Part shown: positions 51,780 to 64,000 of the stretch, one piece after another | Position numbering within the stretch: position 1 is the stretch's first letter | How the letters are laid out: every line of letters starts with the position of its first letter | Source: Epiperipatus broadwayi | Taxonomy: Eukaryota; Animalia; Onychophora | Assembly (NCBI GenBank): GCA_028023455.1 | Contig: JAQFVV010000004.1 | Location: forward strand, 22,382,001-22,446,000 | Direction: 5' to 3' | Length of the DNA stretch: 64,000 bases | Made by a program: the position numbers and the translations under genes | The notes under the pieces: generated by a model | Told to the model about the DNA's origin: nothing | The model's database searches: none | The model's input: only the letters and a program-made list of their open reading frames with translations

Positions 51780-52800
51780 AGTTTATACTTCCTTATTAGT
51801 AGCTAGATGATTTTTGAACTTTTTCTTCACCTTATTCTTAACTTCTTTTAAAATCTTTTGAATGTTTTCTCACCTTTCTTTTTTTTTCTTTCAATATCAT
51901 CTTATCATTTCCTAATTTCCTCTAATTTTCTTTTTTATCTTTGAGATAACCTGCATTTATTTAAGAGGCATTATTCATTCTTTTCAGTATCAGTTCTCTA
52001 GGATAATTCCTTAATTTTTTCTATTATGCTTTATTTTTTTGCCTATACTTCTCTCTATATCCTTTCCATCTGATGAATTCTTCTTTTTTTAAATTTTAAT
52101 TCTGAATTCAGTGTATGATATCTTGCATCTTCATAACCTGCTGTTTCTTATCCTATTCTATTTCCTTAATCTTCATACACTCCATCATTAAATTTCTTCC
52201 ATGATTTCTTGATTTTTTTTTATTTATATTTTGAATATTTTTATTATTTTCATTCATTTTCTTATCTAAGATTTTTGAATAATTATTATTTTCATCTATT
52301 TATTAATTCAAAAAAATTTTCTGATTTATATCTTGATATTTTTTGACTTAATTTCCACAAACGATTAATTTAAATGATTGGTAATCATTTTTCTTATTCC
52401 TCCATTTCTTACAGCTTTATTTTCTCTATTGATTGCTGCTTTTGATTTTCCATTTTAATTCTTGTCCTAATTAATAAATGTTACTTTCTTTTTTTTTTAT
52501 ACTTATTAACATTTCATTCAATTTAGGCTGCATGTAATTTTTTTTAATCATCATTAGGCATCCTGAAACAAACATTATTCTTTAAACCAACTTTTTAAAC
52601 TCTTCATCTAAAATTATTTTGATTTGTTCTTTTACATTATTTTCTTTCCTCTTTATTCTCCCACTCTATTTTATACATATATTTCTGATTTCTCCTGGTC
52701 ATGATAATCATTATTTTAGCAAAATATCATCATCATATTTCACAGTTGCTTTATGATTTACATAATATATAGAGGACTATGCAACAATCTGAAAACTGTT
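51780..52800 (-). mobile_element. Possible decayed LINE ORF1-like coiled-coil remnant
   Basis: Strong purine strand bias with K/E/R-rich broken frames on the minus strand. A similar tract lies at 58240-58620 (+). No diagnostic motif. Confidence 0.25.
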
Positions 52801-54801
52801 TTATGATAACAATTGACTTATTTACGAGTTCTTCCATGAGAACACTACCATTCAATGGACCAGATGGACTGACTTCACATGCAATTTAACTTTTGTACTG
52901 CAACTCCTTCAATTTATCAACTTTAGCCTAATCAATTACTTTAGAATATGATATCACAAATCTAATTGATACTGACATATATAGAGACTGTACAGAGAGA
53001 CAGATTGCACAATGGAAAACAAATAAATCACTTAAATATTGCATTTACGTTAATATTTTAATCAATTAATAACATGAAAATTAACAATATGATACATGTA
53101 TATGGTAACAGGAATGAACCCTGTTATAAGTTGAAGGGATTCTGATAGCTAGATATAGGCGGATGTGGTAATCAAATGTATATATTTGATTAGATCAAAA
53201 TGACTGAATAAAGTAGTTAAAACTGGCTTAAAGGGAGGTTTTGTGTTCATTTGGTTTGATGAAATGTATGTATATGTTATTATATAATTAAATGTACAAA
53301 AAGAATCTTCTGGAAAAGCGTATAATGTTTATTTTTTGTGTGTATAATTTTATTTTATAAAAATCCAATATGTAAATGCCAAAAAATGAAACAAATGCTA
53401 TACATGGAATGCTTTTACCATAAGTCTTGTTTAAAGATTTTTTTTTTTTAAATTTCTAATGAAATGTTAGTATAAAAGAAAAACTTGCTAAAAGCTTTTC
53501 TTTTGTGAAAAAAAAAATAAGAAGACAAAAGAAAACGAATCTAAAACTATGGTGTCCTGGACTAATGAGATCACAGAGGATAAGAGTTAAAATGTCGAAC
53601 ATTTTGAGGAGTTGTGGGAAGTATTGCTTGATGAGAATAGAACTTTCTAGAAAAATAAAAAATAGAAATAGAAAAATCAGAAAACTGGATTTAGTTTTTT
53701 TTTGTTGGAGTTTTTGTGCTGATATTTGGACTGCTGCACATTAATTGATATTCGAGATTTTTAATAGATGATATTGGAAGAAAATATATATATATGCCAG
53801 GTAACATGAGTATGTTGGAGTAAAATCCTAAACATGCTGAGCTTTTATCCCGACAGCTCCACAAAGGAAACAAAAAGATGCTATATGATCCGGTAACTGT
53901 TCAAAGTTGAAAATCCACATCCATTCACCTGGATCTCAGCAAGTATTCTGATTCATCATCATTCCGTTGGAAATTTTAAAAAAAGCAAAGACATTCTTCC
54001 TGGATAATTTCTGTGGCTATAGTGTTTCTTAAGTAAGCTTATCTTCATGAATATAAACAATGTGATTTCCCCGGGGACCAAAAGGTAATATACCTGTTAT
54101 TTCAACTTTATAATCATGAGCATTCTCAGTCTTATATTTATAATCTGTAATTTCTTTATATTACTCTTTCAAATAATATTAACATAAAATATTTAATATT
54201 TGTAGTAAATAACATTTTTTTTTGTCTGTCAAAGATATATATATATGCTTTATTTTCATTAAACAATTGAGCATTATTATTTCTATCTCTTATTTTATAG
54301 TTATTTATTTAGTTAGAATGTAGGAATGCATTTATTTGTTAAATAATTTAATGCGAACTACCTTAAATCAACACGTCTGTCGGTCTAAGTATTATCCGCT
54401 CTGAGTGAGCTAGCTAGTGGCAGAATATTCATTAATACGCTATTATTACTCTCTTTAACTCTTTCAGTACAATTCTTATGTAAGCATAGGATTGGCGCTT
54501 GGAGTCGAAAATATATTGTTAGGGAAATATTAATTGGTAATTATGAGAAACTAAGGCCGAGTATCTATATACATATATATCATTATGTTTCTGCTTATGA
54601 TTTTTTTTTGGAAGATGAAGTTTTAAATAACTTGCCTCCAGGTTTATGGCTACTATAAATCCATCTCGGTCAATTAAAAGTATCATTCATGAATAAATCT
54701 CAATAATAAATATAAAAAAATACTTTATAAAGATAGTGTAAATACAATCAAATACAGATGGAAAAGGGGGGTAACCTATTACAATATTAAAACAAAATTG
54801 T

Positions 54802-54833
<32 letters not shown>

Positions 54834-55129
54834 GAAACAAGACACACCACAGATATCAATCCATAAATTATATTTGCAGAAAAATAGAAATACAATAATT
54901 TGACATCAAAATAAATATATAACAAATAAGTATTGATTGATATATTTTAAATAAATGCATAAATATGTCTGTTAGTAGATATATATAAATAAAAAGAGAT
55001 TTTAAATGCATTAAACTTCACTCTTAAGTTAGAAACTACTCAGGCCTTTAAACTAAAAATGCATTAATGATCAACTCCGGCCATCTCAAATATTACAAGC
55101 TTATAAATAAGTAATGTTAGCACGGGGAA

Positions 55130-57230
55130 TAATATTTAATCTTCTTGTATGTTTTTTTATTAATAATATTGATATATATATATAAATATTTTTCTTTATT
55201 GATGATAATATGCAAATTTGCAAACATTTTTTAAAAATATGTGAATATTTTTAATGTAATATAAATAATTGTAAAGGAGAGAGAGAAAAGTATAAAACAG
55301 ACATTTTTTTAATTCTCTCTCTTCATTAATTTGATTAGATTTTTTTTAAAAAAGTACCAAGTCATTAATAACTTTTTATTTTGACTTTTTAAAGATAATG
55401 AGAAGTAAATAAGTTTAAGAGAGAAAAAAAATAAAATGTTATCATATTTGTTAAGAAATTTTATTTTAATTAATTAGTTATTTTTATATTCTCTTGCTCT
55501 CTCCCAAAAACAAAAAGCAGTGTTTTTCAAATCAGTGTAATGAGAAGATCTTTTCTTTTGCATAAGAGAAAAAATAATAAAAAGAAATTTCATAAATCAT
55601 TCAATTTTTTTTTAATTTAAAAAAAAAAAAAGAAATAATCTTTTGTAAAAATAAACCCATTTGGTCAGGGTTTAATTTTGTCAAGTTGAGACAAAATGAA
55701 ATTGGAGGGATACAGAATTGTTCCAAATAAATATGGGAGTCAAAAACAATAGACCTTAGTGTCTTGCAAAGAAGTCATTCTTAGTTAAGTTGTTGAAAAA
55801 ATCAGTAGCAGCAGTTTTTCCTGATTTAGTTATTTAAGAATACAGAAGTAATAGTTTAGAGGTGAAAAAATGAGAACATTTTGTAGTTTGAAGACTGATC
55901 TCACTACTAGTTTCAAAATTTTTTAAAATGGATTTGAAGAAAACCATGTGCTAAGTTTTAACTAGAAGCTGAATATCATCAAATCTCACCATGAACTTGT
56001 TCACTAAAAAAATGTAGAAAAGTCCTGGAATAATCTGCAACAAGCCCTGTCTCCATCCAAGAACTTGACTGTATCTTTGTGTTATCCTGATTTAAAAATG
56101 AGTAGGTTGGAAAAGTGATTAAATTCTTTCTATGTATTTGCCTGAAAATGTGTTAATGGGGATGCTTACAAGAAAATCACATGAAAAAATCTAAAGAATA
56201 CAACCAAAGGTCTTAAAAAACATGGTAATTTAGGAAATTGCCAAGTGCACATTATATCTACATTTAGATTTTTTTAAACAAATAATTATGATAATAATTT
56301 TTTAAATTGAAATTTTATCTTTTTTCATTTAAAATTTAAATATATAGGACTTTTTCATTTTCATAAAAAAAGGAAAAGAGAATTTTTAAATTTTTTTTTT
56401 TATCTTTGTAATGTTTTTTCAATTTTAATCCCTGAAAAGGAAATTATGTTTAAATTTAATGTTAATTAAGTAAATTAGTAAAAGTCAACAATAAGTTAAG
56501 ATTACTTCGTATATGAAATTATATATTTAAAATGATTTTAATATCTTTATTCCTTCAGCTATCTGTTCTATGAATTAGCAATGTGTGTGACTTGATTTCA
56601 TTACAGCATAGTGTTTCAAATTATCCCAATAAACTATTCAAATTAAAGTAGATTAAGTTTATATATTTTACCACCTCTTATTCACAATCATTGTTACTAA
56701 GATCTCATGATCTTCAGCTAGCTGTAAAACACTAATGGTTATTTATATGCAGGAGTTTGTTTGTTAGAAAATTCAGTTCTCTGAATGGTACAAAGGTATC
56801 ACATTTAAAGTCTATTCACTGGTCTTTATTTTTTAGATTAAAAATTAATTTATAATGGGCCTTTGCACACGTGTATCTTATGGCTTGAGCATTGAGATTG
56901 ATCAGCATGAACTAAAATTCCAGCATTTTGATATTTTGGCACTTAAGAATGTGTATCCATGATTGTTGTATATTATATTCTAAATTTGACATTAATTATT
57001 GAATCTCTTTTAAATCCAGCTACAAGAAATGACTGATTTTTTTTGTGAAATGCCTGTCATATAAGCATTACCTACCTATATTGTTAGTCCATGCTGATTC
57101 TCATGCTCCATTTGTATTTATGCCTTACATATTCATTTATATTTGCTTCTTCCTTTTATATTTGTTAATTCAATCTTAATTAATGATGTTATACCATCCC
57201 ATATTTCCCCTCATTCAATATCACTACCAC
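55130..57230. repeat. Old local duplication, copy 1 (paralogous to 59355-62740)
   Basis: Collinear anchors include GTTAAGTTGTTGAA.AAATCAG.AGCAGCAGTTTTTC (about 55783 and 60016) and CTATCTGTTCTATGAATTA.CAATGTGTGTGACTTGATTTCATTACA (about 56559 and 62043). Confidence 0.85.
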
Positions 57231-57518
57231 TGCGGGTCTAATGATAATCGAGATCTAATGGTCAGTATATAAAATAGCCACATAACTTAAAGCTGCTCAA
57301 ATATAATTATATCTGAGAAAGAAAACTGTATTCTGAGACAGAATTAAATTTTAAAAATGTATTACTATGAAATATGTGACAAGAGAATAAATGATTAAAT
57401 TATTTGATTATAAATTATAAAAATAATGATCCTTAATGTATATTTAAAAAGTTCATGTGTAAAGTAAAATAGAAAATCAAAGCATGATTTTTGGAGAATA
57501 GATTTTTTGGTTGTTCAG

Positions 57519-58018
57519 TACTAGTGATGAATGGATGGTTTTGTCATATGCTTGAGGATGCTGTTTTCATGTTACTTCATGGAGTATTTTATCTCAACAC
57601 TATACTAACTCATTTACAAATTTTGATACTCCCAGTTGTTCATCATGGACAGTTAACATAGTTCTGTACTATAAACCCCAGCCTCCAAGTTTCAAAGAAA
57701 ATGAGCAAGACATAAGTTTTGAAGTTTAATATTTACCAGTTTCTAAGACTCCAAGGAGAAAAGGTTTGCTAGAATTTTTGCATTATTATTTCTATTCTTA
57801 ATTATAGATAGTTTATGGTGTCTAAATTGAAATAGCCCTCCAGGTGTTCATTATGTAGACATATAGTCTGGTGGCTGTATTTTGTGTGAATTCCAGGATT
57901 GCATGTCACTACTCATTCTTTTGCTGCCAGATTTCTGGAAAAAAGTTTTAAACAAATGGTTTACACACATGCATGAGGAAGACAGAATTGGAAAATAAAG
58001 CAAACGTAGATTAAAGGT
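57519..58018 (+). pseudogene. Possible decayed two-exon coding fragment of unknown identity
   Basis: AG acceptor at 57517-57518, an 81-codon frame with only 2 stops, GT at 57764 and AG at 57806-57807 keeping frame, and a GT donor near 58017. The implied 44-nt intron is short. Confidence 0.3.
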
Positions 58019-59077
58019 AATATTAAGTTGTAATATTAAGCATGCGTAAAGAAGGGGGTGGGTGGGGCTTATTTTATGAGATAATAGTTCAAACAAGATT
58101 TGCATTATTTTGAAGATACAAATAATCAAATATTAGTTTAGATTTGGTCTGTGTGTAAAAGTAATTTAATATAATTTTCCCATAAGATTAAAAGCAATCA
58201 CATACCAAGAGCAACATGATGAAGAAAAAATCATCATGCAACTGAAGGCGCCTAGAGAACAGAAAACATGACTATTAACCCAGATATTGGAAATGCTCAA
58301 AGAAATGAAAGAACAAAGAGAATAGGATAATAAAAAAGAGAAGAAACTCAGACACTACTAAAGAAAATAGAAGCACTCAAAAGATGTGGATGAAAATTGA
58401 GAAAGATAGAGTGCAAAACAATAAAATAGATCTTAAAAATCATTTTCAGGAGGTTAAAAGATAAATGCACCAAAACAATTGGAGAAAAATATAGAAAATG
58501 AGCTGAAATACATGGATAATGAATCAAAAGAATGAATAATAAAAAAAAAAATTAGAAGACAATCAGAAAAGAAAAAAGTAAAGGTACAGAATCAAGTGTC
58601 AAAAGATATATATACCAAAGAGATTTATACTTTTTTCAAGGTTAGATATTGCAATTGAAATCATTGACTACAGGTTTTCTGTTAAATGGTCAAGAAATCA
58701 AAATTATTGGGTATTAATGGTAAATGATGATTATATGTAATGACAAAGTAAGGAGGATAGCAGAATTGCTGAGGCAACAAACCTAAGGATTAGTGAGATT
58801 TTAGCTCTTCCAAAGTTTAAAATAAAAAATTACAGAAAATGAGATAAGATTACTATAAAGAAGGCTGTTAAAAAAAAAAAAAAAACATAATCCACAAGAG
58901 GCATGGAAGAAAAGAAAGATTTAATAGTAGCTCAGATAAAACAAGAGTATTTCATGGAATAAGGGGGACAATCTGAACAATTCACCAACACCCGATCCCA
59001 GTTCAATTCAAGTGAAGGAATTAAGGCATGAACAATCTCTAATAATTCACTATCTGAACATCCTTATAACCTTGCAC

Positions 59078-59266
59078 AGCTCCAGCAATGAGATCATCAA
59101 GATGTAAATTTAAAATAAGAAATATAAAATATACATTCCCATTTCATTGTCTTATCATTTTCATCCCTATAACATTATACAGATCCAGCAACAAAGGGAT
59201 CATTAAGATATAAATTTAAAATAAGAAAAATAAAATGTAATCTCATTTCAATGTCTTATCATTTTA
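59078..59266. repeat. Diverged tandem duplication, period about 105 bp
   Basis: GATCAT(C/T)AAGAT(G/A)TAAATTTAAAATAAGAAA..TGTCTTATCATTTT at about 59093 and 59199. Confidence 0.8.
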
Positions 59267-60767
59267 AGAAAGGGATATTGTAATATTGTAGACAGTGCCA
59301 AACTCTGGACATGTCAAATATAAACTTACAAATAAATAAAGTTAGAATGAGGAATAATATTTAATTTTCTCATGTTTTTAATAAGTATTGATATATTTAA
59401 ATATTTTGCTTTATTAAACATGAGAATTTTCAAACAGATTTTTTAAAAATATAATGTGAATATTTGTAATCTGTCATAAATAGTTGGAAAAAAAAAAGAG
59501 AAAAGTACAAATATTTTTTTATTCTCTTCTTTGATTAATTTCACCTAACTTTTTTTTTAAAAAGTACTAAGATAAATATTTTTTCTGGTAAATTATTAAG
59601 ATTCAATTTTGACTTTGTAAAGATAATTGGAAATAAACAATTAAACTTTTTTTAAAAAAAAAAGAGTTTTAACATTTTATTAAGAAATTTTATTTTAATT
59701 AATGTTGTTTTTTTCTTTATCTCTCTTCAAAACAAAAAGCAATGTTTTTCATATCACTATAATTAAAAGATTATCTTGTTTTTCTTTTGGCATAAGAGAA
59801 AAAAATAACTGAAGAGAAATTTCAAGAATTATGATTAATTTTTTTTTAATTAAAAAAAGGGAGGGGGGGAATAATCTTTTGTAAAAATAAATCCAATCGA
59901 TCAAGGTTTAATGTCAGGTTGGAAAGAAGATGTGATTGGATACAGTATTGTTTCAAAAAATAATAAAGGGTTTAAAAAACACTAGACCTCAGAGTCTTAT
60001 GAGAATGTCATCCTTGGTTAAGTTGTTGAAGAAATCAGGAGCAGCAGTTTTTCAACTAAGCTATTAAAAATATAAAAGTAGAAGTTCAGGAGTAAAAAGA
60101 AACAAGGAGAAATAGTTTGCAGTTTGAAGTAATATTCTCGTCTCACTATTAGTTTAAAAATTTTAAAATAGATTTGAAAAATACTCATGAGCTAGGTTTT
60201 AGCTAGAAGCTGAGCATCATCAAATGTCACCATATAACATGTTCACTAAAGAAAATATAAAATAACCCTAAGATAATCTGCAATAAGCCTTGTCTCCAAG
60301 ATCACAAGTATCTCTTTTTGTGTTGGCCTGACTTGAAAATTTAGATTGGAAAAATGGTTAAGTTTTGTTTGCCTGAAAATGTATTAATAGAGAAGCTTGC
60401 AAAACAAAAACCAACATGGAAATGTCTGAAGATTACAACAACCAGAAATGGGACTCAAAACAAAAACAAAGTCAAGGTAATCTATATTTATAGATAATTT
60501 AAAAAAAAAAAAAAAAAAATTAATGGTAAAGAATAATTTGATTTCTATTTTTAATTGAAACATATTTTTTTCTTTATCTTATTTTTCTTCCAAAATTTAA
60601 GCGTATAGAACTTTTTCTTTTTCATAAAAAAACTGAGAATTTTTAGTTAATTAAAATTTTTTTTATCTTTGAAATGTTGTTTTGCAATTTTAATCCTTGG
60701 AAAAAAACTCCTGTTTGAATTTAAAATTAATTAATTGAATTAATAAGAGACAACAATATTAGATATA

Positions 60768-61919
60768 AACTACTAAATATCACATGAACACCATTACCTA
60801 TACTTACACAAGCTGTTAAAAGTGACAAACTCTTTATACAGTAGTGCCATCCAGTGTAAGCCATAGTAATCAAAGGATGCAAGGTTTGTATATAAAATCC
60901 TTATCTAGTATCTAATCATCTAATATCCCCAAGACTATATTGTAGCTTGTAGCCTTCATCAATGAGGAGCCTTGGATTTGAGTACTGCACCTAGATCTTA
61001 GATTTAATACAATCAGCCAGCAGCCATCTTTTACTTTTTTAATTAATATCAAGCTGAGTCCAAAATGAAAACAGATGTTTTAAATTCAAGCTCTTTCACT
61101 TGTGAGGTCATATAGATCTGAACCCAGTTCAGTAAACATTTTGGTATCCTACAATCATCTTTCAAGCAGGAATGGTATTAAACCCCTAAACATTACATGA
61201 TCACCATTGCCTATGCTTATATAAGCTGTTAAAATTAACAAACTCCAGAAGTGCCATTCAATGCAAACCATAGCAATCATTGCATGCAAGGTTTATACAT
61301 AAAGTTCCTATCCAGTGCCTACTTATTCAATATTCCCAACTAGTTTCTAGCTTGTGGCTTCCGACCACCAGTAAGAAATCTTGGATTTGAGAGCACTGCA
61401 TCTAAATCTTAGATCTAATGCAACCGTCCATTGATTACTATGACTAGCGCTAAATGGCACTACTGTATTGAGAATTTGTCACTGTTTTTAACAGCTTGTG
61501 TAAGCATAGAAAATGATGATCATGTGATATGTGGTTTACTACCATTCCTGCTCATGGGATTTTATGGTAACTATGGCTCTTAATGAACCAAAGTTACAAA
61601 AATATATAGATACTTAATTGGGTTCAGATCTACATGACTGTACAAGTGAATGAGCTTAGATTGAAAACATGTCATAACTTTATAGTTAAATAAAAAGGTA
61701 AAAGATGGCTACTGGAGAGTTGCCTTAAATCCTAAAATATAGATGCAGTGCTTTCAAATCCAAAGCTCCTCACTGATGAAAGTCACAGGCTGAAAACTAG
61801 TCTGGGTATATTGGATGAATAGGCACTATATACAAATTTTAAGCACAAATCTTCTTGCATCCTCTAATTACTATGATTTGCATTGAGTTGCATTACTGTT
61901 CAGAGTTGGTCACCGTTTT
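60768..61919. mobile_element. Family R array: tandem and inverted HHR-bearing monomers of about 400-430 bp
   Basis: Minus-sense monomers A (about 60768-61165) and B (about 61166-61425) are head to tail. A plus-sense 3' piece (about 61428-61560) runs into monomer C (to 61919). The array is absent from the paralogous site near 56490. Confidence 0.85.
61758..61816 (+). ncRNA. Type I HHR (family R, monomer C)
   Basis: ATCCAA AGCT CCTCA CTGATGA (61773-61779) A AGTC ACA GGCT GAAAACTAG TC (GUC at 61800-61802) / TGGG TATA TTGGAT. Degenerate homologues at 60918-60977 and 61325-61386 (minus). Confidence 0.75.
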
Positions 61920-62959
61920 AAGTTAAGATTATTTACTATATAAAATTATATTCTGTTGATAAAAATGTATTTGTCAAAATTTATCTTATTATCATGTTAT
62001 TTGTATTTTTTTTTTATTTATTAGATCTCTTTATTCCTTAGGCTATCTGTTCTATGAATTATCAATGTGTGTGACTTGATTTCATTACACCAAGGTGGTT
62101 AAGGAATTTGAAAATTATCCCAATAAAACTAATTAAATTAAAATAGATCAAGATTACACATTTTACTTTCTCTTGTTCACAATCACAGTCCCTAGGGTCT
62201 TGTAATCTTGAGCTAGCTCTAAAGCAATAATGGTTAAGTTATTTATTACATGGAGGTTTATATTTGTTTGGACATCAAGATAATTCTTTGAATAGTGAAA
62301 GGTATCATCTTTAAACTCCATTCATGGGACTTCATTTTTTTAGATTAAAAATTAATTTATAGTGGGCCTGTAAACTTATGTATCTTATGGCCTGAGCATT
62401 GATGATGATCAGCATGTATCAAGATCCCAGCATTATTTTTATGATACATTTAAGGATGTGAGTCCAGGTAACTGTTGTATATAATGACCTCAATTTAGCA
62501 CTAACTATTGAACCTCTTCTAAATCCAGTCACAAGATATGACTGATAAGCATAATTGTTATAACTACTCTTGTTAATCCATGATGATTTTCATACTCCTT
62601 TTATATTTATTTCTTATATATTCATGTATATTTGTTAATTCAATGTTAATTGATGATGAATATTTATTCTATGGGTGTGATGATGCTATCCCATCTTGTA
62701 CCTCCTTCCTACATTCTGTACCATTACAATATGTATATAAACTATTTAGTCCTTTAAACTAAAATGTTAAAAAAAGTAAACTCATCCCTTAATATTTCAG
62801 CAAAATATGTACACATATTCATCTATACAGCTATATCATTTATTAGTAATACTTTAAATGATCAATTTCAATTTTAAAATTTGTAATAATTTACAAAATT
62901 GTTTTTTAATAACTGAAACACACAGGCTTATTATATGCCTGTGTCTATATATGTAATAT

Positions 62960-63245
62960 ATAGATTTTCAATTGGACAGACGGTTGAAGAGTTGGAGTGT
63001 GGAGTAGATTGAAGCCTGTCCATTAAAGTATGAGGATTGGCTATCTTAATATATATCTGAGCACTTATAGCATATATGTGTGGAGATGGTAATCTGGACC
63101 AACTGATGATTGCTGGCTTAGCATGAAATATGTACATTGGTGATTATTTATCTTTTCAACATATATGTGTTCAAGTGTATCAGTGTTATGAGATAGTGTG
63201 GAAAGTGGTGGATTGTGTGAAAGTCTGTGCTCATATACCCTAATT
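62960..63245. mobile_element. Family F single long arm
   Basis: Collinear with 28640-28919 (TTGAAGCCTG, GATCTGGAC.AACTGATG, AGCATGAAATATGTA, GAAAGTCTG). Confidence 0.75.
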
Positions 63246-64000
63246 AGTGTTTTTTTTTTCAATCCTTCTACTTTTCTTGGATGTTCTTTATATAATTGTT
63301 CTCCTGATGGCTTTTATGAGTCAGGAATCTTTACTGTATGTTTTTTTAGATTTCATATTCATAGTTTGGCAATATATTTTGAAGAGGTTCATTTTTTCTC
63401 TTGTCCACATATATCAGATTCATAATCAAACAAGTAACTTAATAGGTTTAGAAGGCTTATAGAAATAGTCTTCATTTCAAGTGACAGAATAAAATAGATA
63501 ACATATAGTCGTAATAAAAAAATAACAAACCATGCCTTATGGATTATAAATTTCTTGATTTCAAGTCATCCTTATTGTAAAGATCATACAATAATAATTA
63601 TATGTAACTAGCTAATATCTATGCTTACCTGGTAAATCTTTAGTTAATGCTCTGACAGTTTGTCTTTTCTGTTTATGTATTCTGTCAGCATGACTGTCGA
63701 ATAGTTTTTACAGACTTTCTGCTGATAAAATAATAAGCAAGGCTAATTAATAATAATAACACATTTCATAACTTCTTAAATATCTTTGATTGATTGCCTC
63801 ATTTCTGTTCTTTGACCCAAACATATTATATTACAATCTCTTGTTTTAAAAATAGTTTAATATCTTAAGCTTTTTAAGTTATTATTAAATATGTCAGTTT
63901 TTTTCCTTCTTACTCAATGAAATTATTTACTTTGTTTTTATATATACATTATGTAATTGATGAACATCAGATTAACTTTCTTTTGATTTTAAATCAATAA

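Larger units (their letters stand above)
59355..62740. repeat. Old local duplication, copy 2, interrupted by the family R array
   Basis: Homology to 55130-56490 stops near 60760 and resumes near 61920 at AAGTTAAGATTA. Confidence 0.85.

Noticed and set aside
866-63462. Most ORF-track entries as genes
   Set aside because: They are low-complexity F/I/L/K/N-rich chance frames, antisense frames of transposon ORFs, or pieces of the decayed elements already annotated.
63631-63697. Minus-strand exon HADRIHKQKRQTVRALTKDLP ending at CAG/GTAAGC
   Set aside because: The donor is strong but the acceptor is weak, the peptide is unrecognised and no partner exons were found.

Overview
This window is very AT-rich, CpG-depleted eukaryotic nuclear DNA. 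An arthropod origin is my inference from composition and repeat families. No intact protein-coding gene can be supported; the listed ORFs are chance AT-rich frames or fragments of decayed transposons. Decayed elements include a CR1-group LINE with a PHD-finger ORF1 (7.1-11.1 kb), an RTE LINE, an L1/Tx1 3' end, a Ty3/gypsy pol remnant, Merlin-like and hAT-like non-autonomous DNA elements, a foldback family and a tRNA-Gly pseudogene. There are also two old local duplications and a CpG-rich promoter-like segment near 2.2 kb. The main signal is a Penelope-like element (PLE) and hammerhead ribozyme (HHR) assemblage of three families, whose terminal repeats each fold as a minimal type I HHR with a palindromic stem III. 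P1 (20.4-22.8 kb and a miniature copy at 44.4-45.4 kb) has a tRNA-like A/B-box cassette just upstream of its HHR. P2 (37.2-42.1 kb) has an HHR in which all three copies replace the C3-G8 core pair with A3-U8. R is a non-coding, retrozyme-like unit of about 400 bp (16.9, 51.5 and 60.8-61.9 kb). P1 and R insertions share an inverted short arm, a longer sense arm with a fixed tail, and 11-14 bp target-site duplications. All folds and alignments were done by eye, and most boundaries are approximate.
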